Of a stretch of 25,779 nt of DNA, positions 6,846-15,854 are shown in pieces (the first letter of the stretch is position 1; every line of letters starts with the position of its first letter). The position numbers were made by a program, and so were the translations under genes. This DNA is from an uncultured bacterium (lineage in GTDB: Bacteria; Krumholzibacteriota; Krumholzibacteriia; Krumholzibacteriales; Krumholzibacteriaceae), in assembly GCA_965371515.1 (NCBI GenBank), contig CBDUYR010000041.1, forward strand, positions 1-25,779, read 5' to 3'. The notes below the pieces were generated by a model. The model was given only the letters and a program-made list of their open reading frames with translations, was not told where the DNA came from and did no database searches.

Positions 6846-8231
6846 ATGTCAGAATCAGCACGGAAATCCGTGGAGCATCGGCGAAGAACACTTATCCAAG
6901 TATCCCTGTTCCTGCTTGCCCTGATCTTGCGGCTCACTTTATTCCTGATCGCTTCCGGCGACGAGACAAGGTTTATCAAACCGGATACAACTACGTACTT
7001 ACGCCCGGCAATCAACCTCGTCGATCATGGTGTTTTCTCGGCCAGCATCGAGGAACCTTACGAACCAGAGTTCGATGTAACTCCAGGCTTTCCGGCTTTT
7101 ATCATCGCCGTCTTCGCCGTACTCGGCAGATCGGTCACTCTCCTCGCTCTCGTGCTGCTGATCATCGATTCGACTGTTCCTGTTATTCTCTACAGAATCG
7201 GTGAAAGATGGCGATCCTGGAAGGTCGGGGTGGCAGCGGGTGCGCTTTATGCAGTCGCCCTGCTCAGTATCATTTCCTGCCAGCACGTCCTTACCGACAG
7301 CCTTTTCACCTTCTTCCTCTCGCTGCAGATCCTCTTCTATCTCCGTTTTTTCAGGAACGGACAAACGCGGAATCTCATCATCACAGTAATCGTTCTCGGG
7401 ATCATGACTCTCATCAGACCGACCGTTTCCTACTGGATATTCATCCTGCTTGGAATACTCCTGCTCAAGAGACCGCTGCCCGGAAACCAGAGGCTGTCGA
7501 GAGTATTTGTCTCGGCTTTGATCTTCGCGGCGATCTGCACACCATGGATCGCAAGAAATGTTCATCAAGGAGCCGGATTCCGCCTGGTCACGAATTCTGC
7601 CAAGACAGCTCGCTATTATTTCGCCGCCGCCGTCGAGGCGGAGATGACCGGCATACCGGCAGGAAAGATACGGACGGAATGGAAAGCGTCGGACCTCGTG
7701 CTCTTCGAGAGTAATCCTACGCTCTACCCGGATGAAAACGCCAGAGCCGCATACAAGAGGCAAAAAGGGATTGAAACCATAAAGCGACATCCTCTTGTTT
7801 TTATCAAACTCAGCGCCAGGCCTTACGTTCTGTTTCCGGCCATCGATGCTTTCTACGAGCACATCGGTATATCCGCGGGGGGAAAAGGCACACTCGATAT
7901 CCTCACCCGCAAAGGCCCCTGGGCCGCTGTGGAACATTACTTCGACGGAAAGACCTGGCTGCTCATCCCTGTTGTACCCTGGATCCTCATTCTGGGCCTG
8001 ACCTATCTCGCATGCATCCGCGGTCTCTTCATCTGTTTCAGGGAAAGGGCCTGGGGCGCCCTTCTCTCCTTTGCATTCTTCGCCCTGTACTACATCGCAC
8101 TCCTCGGGCCCCTCACTCTCTCCCGGTACAGGCTACCGGCAATGCCGGCCATAGTGCTGATGGCAGGACTGGGTATGACTTTTTGGAAGAAATATCCCTC
8201 TGGAAGTACTTTCACAAGCGATAAAAAATGA
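6846..8231 (+). CDS. Polytopic membrane glycosyltransferase, GT-C fold (ArnT/PMT, GT39/GT83-like)
   Basis: First loop PDTTTYLRPAINL...TPGFPAF. LTDSLFTFF, TLIRP, PWIARN and SRYRLPAMP motifs. About 10 or more hydrophobic helices. Confidence 0.75.
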   Translation: MSESARKSVEHRRRTLIQVSLFLLALILRLTLFLIASGDETRFIKPDTTTYLRPAINLVDHGVFSASIEEPYEPEFDVTPGFPAFIIAVFAVLGRSVTLLALVLLIIDSTVPVILYRIGERWRSWKVGVAAGALYAVALLSIISCQHVLTDSLFTFFLSLQILFYLRFFRNGQTRNLIITVIVLGIMTLIRPTVSYWIFILLGILLLKRPLPGNQRLSRVFVSALIFAAICTPWIARNVHQGAGFRLVTNSAKTARYYFAAAVEAEMTGIPAGKIRTEWKASDLVLFESNPTLYPDENARAAYKRQKGIETIKRHPLVFIKLSARPYVLFPAIDAFYEHIGISAGGKGTLDILTRKGPWAAVEHYFDGKTWLLIPVVPWILILGLTYLACIRGLFICFRERAWGALLSFAFFALYYIALLGPLTLSRYRLPAMPAIVLMAGLGMTFWKKYPSGSTFTSDKK

Positions 8232-8302
8232 GCCGCCCAGGACTCGAACCTGGTACCACCTGCTTAAAAGGCAGGTGCTCTAACCAGATGAGCTAGCGGC
8301 CC
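8229..8302 (-). tRNA. tRNA-Lys(UUU); CCA not encoded
   Basis: GGGCCGC-TA-GCTC ATCTGGTTA GAGC-A-CCTGC CT TTT AA GCAGG-TGGTA-CCAGG TTCGAGT CCTGG-GCGGCTC-A forms a full cloverleaf. Confidence 0.96.
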
Positions 8303-8355
8303 ATGATCGTTAGCTTGAAATGTCCAGCAGCCGCTTGAAAAGCGACTGCGGAATC

Positions 8356-8384
8356 AATTTAATAGCAGAGAGGCTATATGTCAA
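8356..8384 (-). promoter_or_regulatory. Putative sigma-70 promoter for tRNA-Lys, TTGACA-N17-TAAATT
   Basis: Consensus -35 with 17-nt spacing, just upstream of the tRNA. Confidence 0.6.
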
Positions 8385-8388
8385 CTGC

Positions 8389-9672
8389 TCAGGCGTCTTC
8401 CCTGACGATAGTACTGCTTCGCTCGGGTCCGGTCGACACGAACGACGCGCGGACCCCCAGCCGTTCCTCCAGCGTTCTCACGTATGCCTTCGCGTTCTCG
8501 GGCAGACCTTCGAAATCTCCTCCACCCAGTTCCTGGTCGGGCCATCCCGGCATCTCCTCGTAGACAGGCCTGCAACGGTTGAGCAAGAGGACGTTCTGCG
8601 GGAAATAATCAATCCTCTCTCCATCTAGCTCGTAGGCAACGCATATGCTGATCGTCTCCAGCCCCGAGAGAACATCGAGTTTAGTCAGCGCGATCTCCTC
8701 GAGGCCGTTGAGGTTGACCGCATACCTCGCCGCGACCAGGTCGAACCAGCCGCAGCGCCTCGGCCTTCCGGTCGTGGTCCCGAATTCGCATCCCTTGTCT
8801 CGAAGGAAGTCGCCCATCTCGTCCTCGAGTTCGGTCGTGAAGGGGCCGTTGCCGACCCTGGTAGCATACGCCTTAAATATCCCTATCGTCCTGCCGATGT
8901 CCTTCGGAGCAAGGCCGCTTCCGGTGATCGCCCCTCCTACCGAGCAGTTGCTCGATGTCACGTACGGATAGGTCCCGTGATCGATGTCGAGAAGCGTGCC
9001 CTGGGCTCCCTCGAGCATGATACGCTTCCCTTCACCCTTCCACTTTGTCACCAGCTCCTGGGAATCTACTATCATCGGGGCGATCAGATCCTGGATGTTC
9101 ACGAAATCGACCGCTATCTTCTTCGCGGAAAGGGGCGGAGCGCCGAAGAGCTCAACGTACTTGTTCCCCCATTCCGTAGCCCTCGTGACGAGATTGTGCA
9201 GTTCTTCTTTCGACAGGAGGAAGTCTCCCATCCTCATCCCTCGCCTGCTGTGCTTGGACGAGTATGCGGGCCCTATGCCTTTGCCTGTACTTCCTATGTA
9301 ATCCGTCTTCAGTTCGCCTTCCATCAGGCTGTCGATAAACTTGTGATGAGGCATGACGACCTGTGCGGAGGAGCTTATAAGCAGCCTCCCCGCGACGTCG
9401 ATACTCCTCTCAAGCAGCTCGCCGAGCTCGTCCCTGAAGGCGAACGGATCGATGACCATCCCGTTTCCCATGACTGCTGTCACATCGGGATATAGTATTC
9501 CCGAGGGTATCTGGTGGAACTTGAATGTCCCGTCATCGTTGACCACGGTATGTCCGGCGTTCGCTCCACCCTGGAAGCGGATCACGACATCGTGGCTGGA
9601 CATCAGAAAGTCAACGACCTTGGCCTTGCCCTCGTCTCCCCACTGGCCACCCAGTATCACTGTAGCGGGCAT
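8389..9672 (-). CDS. purA: Adenylosuccinate synthetase
   Basis: Motifs QWGDEGKAK, RFQGGANAGHT, EGAQGTLLDIDHGTYPYVTSS, GTTTGRPRRCGWFD and TKLDVL. Confidence 0.98.
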   Translation of the reverse strand: MPATVILGGQWGDEGKAKVVDFLMSSHDVVIRFQGGANAGHTVVNDDGTFKFHQIPSGILYPDVTAVMGNGMVIDPFAFRDELGELLERSIDVAGRLLISSSAQVVMPHHKFIDSLMEGELKTDYIGSTGKGIGPAYSSKHSRRGMRMGDFLLSKEELHNLVTRATEWGNKYVELFGAPPLSAKKIAVDFVNIQDLIAPMIVDSQELVTKWKGEGKRIMLEGAQGTLLDIDHGTYPYVTSSNCSVGGAITGSGLAPKDIGRTIGIFKAYATRVGNGPFTTELEDEMGDFLRDKGCEFGTTTGRPRRCGWFDLVAARYAVNLNGLEEIALTKLDVLSGLETISICVAYELDGERIDYFPQNVLLLNRCRPVYEEMPGWPDQELGGGDFEGLPENAKAYVRTLEERLGVRASFVSTGPERSSTIVREDA

Positions 9673-9767
9673 TATATTACTCCTGTCTTTTCAGTCCTGA
9701 GGCATCGCTATGAAGTTTAGATAATGGAAAGGCCGTCTGCAACCGATTTATCACTCATTCAGGACAT

Positions 9768-9789
9768 AAAAAAACCGCCATGGGGCGGT
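9768..9789 (-). terminator. Intrinsic terminator after the small CxxCH protein gene
   Basis: On the - strand, ACCGCC-ccat-GGCGGT is followed by a T run. Confidence 0.8.
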
Positions 9790-9812
9790 CCCGATAATTA
9801 TCCTGCGTACGA

Positions 9813-10241
9813 CTACATCATACTGCTTCGGCGCGGATCGGTGAAGAGCTTCTTGATGATACCCCAGGACTCCTCATCGACGGAACTGGGCTTGTCGAGA
9901 GGATTGCCGGGATTGCTTCGTTCCATGGAAATGTTCGGGATGCCGTCGCCTTCGTCGTCACCGATCTCGATCCCGTTCGCGAATCCGTCCTGATCCGAGT
10001 CCTTCATGGCCAGGGCACTGTCCCACTTGTCACCGTTGGCGTGGAAGTCGATACCGAAAGCATTAAGAGGCGCGTTCCCGATCATCAATTCGGACGAGGA
10101 ATGACACAAAGCGCACTGATAGCGTTCATATAGGGGGAGTTTTGACATCAAGGTCTCAGTGCTCAGAAGCGCACCCGAGGCGAATGCCGCGATGCACACT
10201 ATAAGCACTGTGATCCCACGGCGCTTTAGCTTAGGTCTCAC
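9813..10241 (-). CDS. Small exported protein with CxxCH heme-binding motif, temptin-like Ca-binding domain and C-terminal WGxIK motif
   Basis: Signal-peptide-like N-terminus, CALCH, PLNAFGIDF...W...DSDQDGFANGIEIGD and SWGIIKKLF. The start is placed at GTG 10241, 5 nt after AAGGAGG; the ORF track starts it at 10247. Confidence 0.7.
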   Translation of the reverse strand: MRPKLKRRGITVLIVCIAAFASGALLSTETLMSKLPLYERYQCALCHSSSELMIGNAPLNAFGIDFHANGDKWDSALAMKDSDQDGFANGIEIGDDEGDGIPNISMERSNPGNPLDKPSSVDEESWGIIKKLFTDPRRSSMM

Positions 10242-10263
10242 TCGCACCTCCTTTACTAGACAG

Positions 10264-10292
10264 ATTATAGCATTGACATCCGTTTATGTCAA
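10264..10292 (-). promoter_or_regulatory. Perfect sigma-70 promoter TTGACA-N17-TATAAT, overlapped by the palindrome TTGACAT-N6-ATGTCAA
   Basis: -35 at 10292-10287, TGn-extended -10 at 10269-10264, palindrome at 10273-10292. Confidence 0.8.
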
Positions 10293-11432
10293 GGGGGAGT
10301 CGAAGAGCGGCGGCAGATTTCTGACCGGAGCGAGAAGGGCCGACGCTTTCTCGAGGTCCCCTCCATCAATCGTGTCTGCAAGTCCCCTGACGAGCCTCTC
10401 GAGGACTTTTCCGCTGTGTATCCCGGGAAAACCGGTCCTGATTATCCTGCCGGCCATCTCGTCCTGGCCTCCAGCGATGATGATGCCGTGCCTCTCTCCC
10501 ATGGATCTTATAACCCCTTCACAGGAAATACCTTCCGGGGGAAAGAAGGCCTGAACCGATCTCGAGGGATCATCAGGAAAAGATTTCATTCCGAGCGCCT
10601 CGACTGCTGCTGTAAGCGCTCCTGAGGAGATCTCGTGCCTGTCGAGGACTGCGTCGATCCCGTTGCTTCGTATGCTCTCCAGCGATCCGTGCAGCACCTG
10701 TATTGAATGTACCGCCGGCGTGAAGGGAGTGTCGCCCGTTTTCATCCCTTCGCCGTATCTTTCGAATGAGAAGTAGAATCCCGGCCTCGAGTTCTCCGCG
10801 GCCGTCTCCATCGCCCTCGGACCGGCGATGACAAAACTGACACCCGCCGGCGCGGCGAGGGCCTTCTGGCCCGCACCTGCGAGGACGTCAATCCCCCATT
10901 CATCCATCATGATCTTCTCTGAACCGACGGATGCTATGGCGTCAAGTGCGAGCATCGCCTTTCTGTCGGGAAGAGCAGAAATGATTCCTTCGATATCGAG
11001 CCGCAGGCCGGTTGACGATTCGACATGAGTCAGGGCGATCAGGTCGGGAGAGAATTCACCTGCTCGTTCGGCTACGCATGCCGGATCGACACTCTCTCCC
11101 ATGGGAAATCGGAGGACGTCCACCTCGCACTCGAAGGCCTGCGCGATCTCCGCCCATCTGCGTCCGAATTTACCGCCCTCGACGACGAGAACCTTTGCTC
11201 CCGGATGTGCTGCGTTGGCAATGACCGCCTCCATCGCGCCCGTGCCGGAAGCGGCAAACAAGAATACCGACTCCTTCGTACCGCATAGATCTCCGAGCAT
11301 GCAGCCCGTATCGATAACGATCTCACGGAAACGTCCCGTCCTGTGATGCATCGGGGGAAGCGCGGCAAACCGCCTCGGATCGATATGAACCGGCCCCGGA
11401 GTGAGCAGTATCAGATCCTCTTCGCGATCCAC
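10284..11432 (-). CDS. PLP-dependent class V aminotransferase (alanine-glyoxylate/serine-pyruvate family)
   Basis: Motifs LLTPGP, SGTGAMEA, GGKFGRRW, THVESSTG, LDAIAS, AGQKAL (PLP Lys) and TPFTP. Overlaps the engB 3' end by 22 nt. Confidence 0.9.
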   Translation of the reverse strand: MDREEDLILLTPGPVHIDPRRFAALPPMHHRTGRFREIVIDTGCMLGDLCGTKESVFLFAASGTGAMEAVIANAAHPGAKVLVVEGGKFGRRWAEIAQAFECEVDVLRFPMGESVDPACVAERAGEFSPDLIALTHVESSTGLRLDIEGIISALPDRKAMLALDAIASVGSEKIMMDEWGIDVLAGAGQKALAAPAGVSFVIAGPRAMETAAENSRPGFYFSFERYGEGMKTGDTPFTPAVHSIQVLHGSLESIRSNGIDAVLDRHEISSGALTAAVEALGMKSFPDDPSRSVQAFFPPEGISCEGVIRSMGERHGIIIAGGQDEMAGRIIRTGFPGIHSGKVLERLVRGLADTIDGGDLEKASALLAPVRNLPPLFDSPLT

Positions 11433-12034
11433 TTCCAGATCACGTCCTTTCCCTCTCCGGTGACTGCCGACGAGAATACGAACGGCACCTCGAACGGTTC
11501 ACCGTCTTCATCCATACCGCCCGCAGGCCCGATGCTGATCCCCTCGAAGTACGATCTGAGAGCGGCGATCTGCTTGGCCCGCTGGGATCTTTTGAGCTTG
11601 TCCGCCTTTGTAAGGACGATGAGGAAATCCTTCTCGGCATCGATCAGTTTCTGAAACAACATCAGGTCGTCTCTCGTCGGATCGTGTCTAGCGTCGACAA
11701 GCTGTACCACGCCCGTGAGGGTCTCCCTTTGCCGGAGATAGCCTGCGATCACCCTCTGCCAGCTTTGCCTCTGTACCTTCGAGACCCTGGCGTATCCGTA
11801 CCCGGGCAGATCGACGAGGTAGAACTTCCCGTTGACTACGAAGAAGTTTACCGTCCTCGTCTTCCCCGGTTCCCTGCTGACGCGAGCGATATTCTTCCTG
11901 TTGAAAAGTGTGTTGAGTAGAGACGACTTGCCGACATTGGAACGTCCCGATACCGCAACCTCAGGCATCCTCGAACTTGGGAATTTCAAATAATCGAGAA
12001 CGGTGGACTCGAGCTCGAGGGACTTGATCTTCAT
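11411..12034 (-). CDS. engB: Ribosome biogenesis GTPase YihA/YsxC
   Basis: Motifs GRSNVGKSS, PGKT, DLPGYGY and TKADK. The ATG at 12034 follows AGGAG. Typical position after lon. Confidence 0.96.
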   Translation of the reverse strand: MKIKSLELESTVLDYLKFPSSRMPEVAVSGRSNVGKSSLLNTLFNRKNIARVSREPGKTRTVNFFVVNGKFYLVDLPGYGYARVSKVQRQSWQRVIAGYLRQRETLTGVVQLVDARHDPTRDDLMLFQKLIDAEKDFLIVLTKADKLKRSQRAKQIAALRSYFEGISIGPAGGMDEDGEPFEVPFVFSSAVTGEGKDVIWKWIAKRI

Positions 12035-12114
12035 CGGGCACACTCCTGACGGAGAAATATCATACTGTCGCTGATATTAATGGAGATCCTCGCCGGATGG
12101 AACCGGAGAATCGA

Positions 12115-14526
12115 TCAGTTCGCCCGCTTCGGCTGGGAATCGCTGAAGAAGCCGCCGATCTTGTTGCGGTGCCTGACGCCCCATTCAAGCTGTTTCGAGA
12201 GGGCATTCCTGAGCACCTCGTCGATCGTGTCGACGACTATGAGTTTCATCTTCTTCTTCACCTCGTCGGGCAGTTCCTTGATGTTCTTCTCGTTCCCCTT
12301 CGGCAGCAGGAGCGTATTTACTCCAGCCCTCAATGCGGCGACCGATTTCTCGTTGATCCCGCCGATCGGCAACACCTTGCCGCGAAGCGTAAGCTCGCCC
12401 GTCATCGCAACGTCCCTTTTGACGGGAATGTCAAAAAACGCCGATATGAGCGCGGTGCCAATGGCAATGCCTGCGCTCGGCCCGTCCTTGGGGATCGCTC
12501 CCTCAGGAACGTGGACGTGGACATCGATCGTCGAGAAAATGTCGTTCTCGAGATTGAGCATCCTCGACTTGTTCCTCGCAAAGCTCATCGCGATCTTCGC
12601 CGACTCCTGCATGACATCGCCGAGCTGACCAGTGAGAATAAGCTCACCCTTACCCGGCATCAGAGTCACCTCGATGTTGAGGATCTCCCCTCCCGCCTCG
12701 GTCCAGGCGAGCCCCGTGGCCACACCAACCGCGAGCTTTGTATCGATCTCGCTCTCGGTGAACTTCGGTATGCCGAGGAAGGCCTCGATGTTTTTCTTCG
12801 TGATCCTGATTTTCCCGCTCTTCTCCTCGGAGGCAAGCTTCTTGGCGACCTTCCTGCAGATCGAAGCGAGCTCCCGCTCGAGGTTCCTCACGCCCGACTC
12901 GCGCGTGTATCGTCTCACGATATCCTTCATCGTCGCCTCGGAGATGGTCAACTGCTCGGTCTTGATGCCATGCTGCTCCAGCTGCTTCGGAAGAAGGAAT
13001 TTCTGGGCGATCTTGATCTTCTCGTGGAGCAGGTACCCCGGCAGGCGGATGATCTCCATCCTGTCATGGAGCGCCGGCGGAATCGAGTAGATCACGTTTG
13101 CCGTCGTTATGAACATGACCTCGCTGACGTCGAAATCGACCTCGAGGTAATTGTCGCTGAAATGCTTGTTCTGCTCGGGATCGAGCACCTCGAGCAGAGC
13201 CGAAGATGGATCACCCCTGAAATCGCTGCTGAGCTTGTCGATCTCGTCGAGGAGAAATACGGGGTTGCGAGAACCAGCCTTCTTGATGCCCTGGATGATC
13301 CTGCCCGGCATCGATCCTATATATGTCCGTCTGTGGCCTCTTATCTCGGCCTCGTCCCTCGTACCCCCGAGAGAGATACGCACAAATTTCCTGCCCGTAG
13401 CATCTGCGATGGACCGCCCAAGGGATGTCTTGCCGACTCCCGGAGGGCCTACGAAACAGAGGATCGGGCCTTTGAGGTTCCCGGCGAGTTTTACGACCGA
13501 GAGAAACTCGAGGATCCTTTCCTTGACCTTTTCAAGGCCGTAGTGATCGGCGTCGAGTTTCTTCTTTACCTCGTTGATGTTTAGGTTGTCCTTAGTCCGC
13601 CTCTTCCATGGCAGTGCGGCCAGCGTATCGATGTAGTTACGCACCACCGTCGCCTCGGGACTCATCATCGACATCATTCGGAGCCTGTCGAGCTCCTTCC
13701 ACACAACCTTCTGCGCTTCCTTCGACATCCGCGCCCGCTTGATCTTCCTCTCGAGATCCTCGAACATATCGGCCTCGTCGCCCTGTCCGAGCTCGCTGCG
13801 GATCGCCCTCATCTTCTCGTGGAGGAAGAGCTCCTTCTGGTTCTTCGTCACCTGGCTTGTGACCTTTTCGTCGATGTTCTTCTCGAGCCGGAGCATCTCG
13901 AGCTCCTCGAGCAGGATACGGCTTATCATCAGCAGCCGCTCTTCCAGATCGGCCGCTTCGAGCAGTTCCTGCTTGACCTCGTTCCTCACCTGGAGATGCG
14001 CGGCGACGGTCTCTGCAAGGGTCGACCTGTCCTCGAGGGCCTGAAGCGAGAGCATCACTTCGTTGGGAATCCTCTGATTGAGCTTCACGTACTCCTCGAA
14101 CTGCGCCTCCACCTTGCGCGATACCGCTTCGACCTCTTTCGTCATGACCTCTATCGTATCGAAAGTCTCGACCCTCGCACCGAGATAGTTGTCCATCTCT
14201 ATGAACTTGTCGATCCTGACCCTGCTTATTCCCTCGAGCATGATCTTCAGAGTTCCATCGGGAAGCCTGAGAAATATACCGATCCGAACAATCGTCCCCA
14301 CCGGATACAGGTCACCCGGTCCGGGCTCGTTATCCGACGGATCTTTCTGCGTCACGACGAGAAGGATCTTGTCTGTCTCGATTGCTCGCTCGACAGCGTT
14401 TATCGATGGTTGCCTGCCGACCAGGATAGCGGTCGTCGTGGACGGAAAAACCACAACGTCCCTAAGGGGAACCATCGGCAGGATGGTGTCAAGCGTCTGC
14501 TTTATGCTGTCGTCCATGGTGTTCAT
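12115..14526 (-). CDS. lon: ATP-dependent protease La
   Basis: Lon N-domain, GPPGVGKT, RGHRRTYIG, LLDEIDK, PKDGPSAG (catalytic Ser) and GGINEK (catalytic Lys). Confidence 0.98.
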   Translation of the reverse strand: MNTMDDSIKQTLDTILPMVPLRDVVVFPSTTTAILVGRQPSINAVERAIETDKILLVVTQKDPSDNEPGPGDLYPVGTIVRIGIFLRLPDGTLKIMLEGISRVRIDKFIEMDNYLGARVETFDTIEVMTKEVEAVSRKVEAQFEEYVKLNQRIPNEVMLSLQALEDRSTLAETVAAHLQVRNEVKQELLEAADLEERLLMISRILLEELEMLRLEKNIDEKVTSQVTKNQKELFLHEKMRAIRSELGQGDEADMFEDLERKIKRARMSKEAQKVVWKELDRLRMMSMMSPEATVVRNYIDTLAALPWKRRTKDNLNINEVKKKLDADHYGLEKVKERILEFLSVVKLAGNLKGPILCFVGPPGVGKTSLGRSIADATGRKFVRISLGGTRDEAEIRGHRRTYIGSMPGRIIQGIKKAGSRNPVFLLDEIDKLSSDFRGDPSSALLEVLDPEQNKHFSDNYLEVDFDVSEVMFITTANVIYSIPPALHDRMEIIRLPGYLLHEKIKIAQKFLLPKQLEQHGIKTEQLTISEATMKDIVRRYTRESGVRNLERELASICRKVAKKLASEEKSGKIRITKKNIEAFLGIPKFTESEIDTKLAVGVATGLAWTEAGGEILNIEVTLMPGKGELILTGQLGDVMQESAKIAMSFARNKSRMLNLENDIFSTIDVHVHVPEGAIPKDGPSAGIAIGTALISAFFDIPVKRDVAMTGELTLRGKVLPIGGINEKSVAALRAGVNTLLLPKGNEKNIKELPDEVKKKMKLIVVDTIDEVLRNALSKQLEWGVRHRNKIGGFFSDSQPKRAN

Positions 14527-14576
14527 TATTCTCCGTCCAGGGGATGATATATAACGCAGTTACAGGCCGGCGGGCG

Positions 14577-15827
14577 CTATGCCCTCTTCTTGCGCTCCTC
14601 TTCGAGGATCACTTCCGGCTCGTCCCTGTTAATAATCGTTTCCTCGTTTATCAGTATCTTTCTGACGTTAGGCCTCGAAGGCACGTCGTACATAATCGTC
14701 AGCATAGTATCCTCGAGGATCGCCCTGAGACCCCTCGCTCCTGTCTTGCGCTTCATCGCAAGCGACGCGATAGCCTTCAGTGCTCCAGGTGTGAACTCGA
14801 GCTCGACGTCCTCCATGTCGAAGAGCTTCTTGTACTGCTTCACGAGCGCGCTCTTCGGTTTGATCATGATGTCGATCAGGGCCTTCTCGTCGAGGTCCTG
14901 CAGTGGGGCGATGATTGGAAGCCGACCGACCAGTTCAGGAATCAGGCCGTATTTGATCAGATCCTCAGGCTGTATATGCTTCATGATCTCGTTGAGCTCT
15001 TTGCGGTAGTTTGGTCCGCGGTCGGCGCCGAAGCCGACGACCTTGCGGCCGATACGCCTCTCGACAATCTCCTCGAGACCCAGAAACGCTCCCCCGCAGA
15101 TGAAGAGAATATTTCTCGTGTCCACCTCGATGAACTTCTGCTGGGGATGCTTGCGCCCGCCCTGTGGCGGAACATTCGCGACAGTACCCTCGAGGATCTT
15201 GAGGAGTGCCTGCTGGACGCCCTCACCCGAGACGTCTCTCGTGATCGAGGGGTTCTCGCTCTTGCGGGCGATCTTGTCGAGTTCATCTATATAGATTATT
15301 CCCCGCTCCGCCCAGGCAAGGTTGTATTCGGCGCTCTGCAGCAGCCGTACGAGAATGTTCTCGACATCCTCGCCCACATATCCCGCCTCTGTAAGGCTCG
15401 TCGCGTCGGCAATTGCGAAAGGCACCTTGAGAAACCGCGCCAAAGTCTGTGCAAGTAGGGTCTTTCCGACTCCGGTCGGGCCGACCATCAGGATGTTGCT
15501 CTTGTCTATCTCGATGTCGTCGGTGCTTCTCTCGTGCCTGATTCTCTTGTAATGATTGTATACAGCCACCGACAGGGTGATCTTCGCCAGGTCCTGGCCG
15601 ATCACATAGCTGTCGAGAAATTCCCTTATCTCCTTCGGCTTGGGAAACTGCTCGTCGTCGAACAGCACCGAGCCGGCCATCTCCTCCTCGAGGATATCGT
15701 TGCAGAGGCGGATACATTCGTTGCAGATATATACGCTGGGTCCAGAGACAAGCTTGGCTACCTCGTCCTGGCCGCGTCCGCAGAAAGAGCACTTTATAGC
15801 TCTCGGAGACTGTGATTTCTTCTTCAT
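14577..15827 (-). CDS. clpX: Clp protease ATP-binding subunit ClpX
   Basis: CSFCG...CNEC zinc finger, [30 protein letters not shown] and the VGF loop. Confidence 0.98.
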   Translation of the reverse strand: MKKKSQSPRAIKCSFCGRGQDEVAKLVSGPSVYICNECIRLCNDILEEEMAGSVLFDDEQFPKPKEIREFLDSYVIGQDLAKITLSVAVYNHYKRIRHERSTDDIEIDKSNILMVGPTGVGKTLLAQTLARFLKVPFAIADATSLTEAGYVGEDVENILVRLLQSAEYNLAWAERGIIYIDELDKIARKSENPSITRDVSGEGVQQALLKILEGTVANVPPQGGRKHPQQKFIEVDTRNILFICGGAFLGLEEIVERRIGRKVVGFGADRGPNYRKELNEIMKHIQPEDLIKYGLIPELVGRLPIIAPLQDLDEKALIDIMIKPKSALVKQYKKLFDMEDVELEFTPGALKAIASLAMKRKTGARGLRAILEDTMLTIMYDVPSRPNVRKILINEETIINRDEPEVILEEERKKRA

Positions 15828-15854
15828 AAGGTCTTTAACCTTCCCGGCAACCGG

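Noticed and set aside
6999..7937. 312-aa - strand ORF inside the glycosyltransferase gene
   Set aside because: It is fully antisense to a credible membrane-protein gene and shows no domain signal.
1..8230. CRISPR array, cas genes, integrase or transposase near the CHAT-sigma module
   Set aside because: No regularly spaced direct repeats and no such protein motifs were seen.
8313..8349. GCTTGAAA direct repeat and an imperfect hairpin upstream of tRNA-Lys
   Set aside because: Too short to support a specific call; it may be part of the tRNA leader.
9619..9645. PurA P-loop reads GDEGKAK rather than GDEGKGK
   Set aside because: A conservative variant; all other motifs are intact, so there is no sign of lost function.
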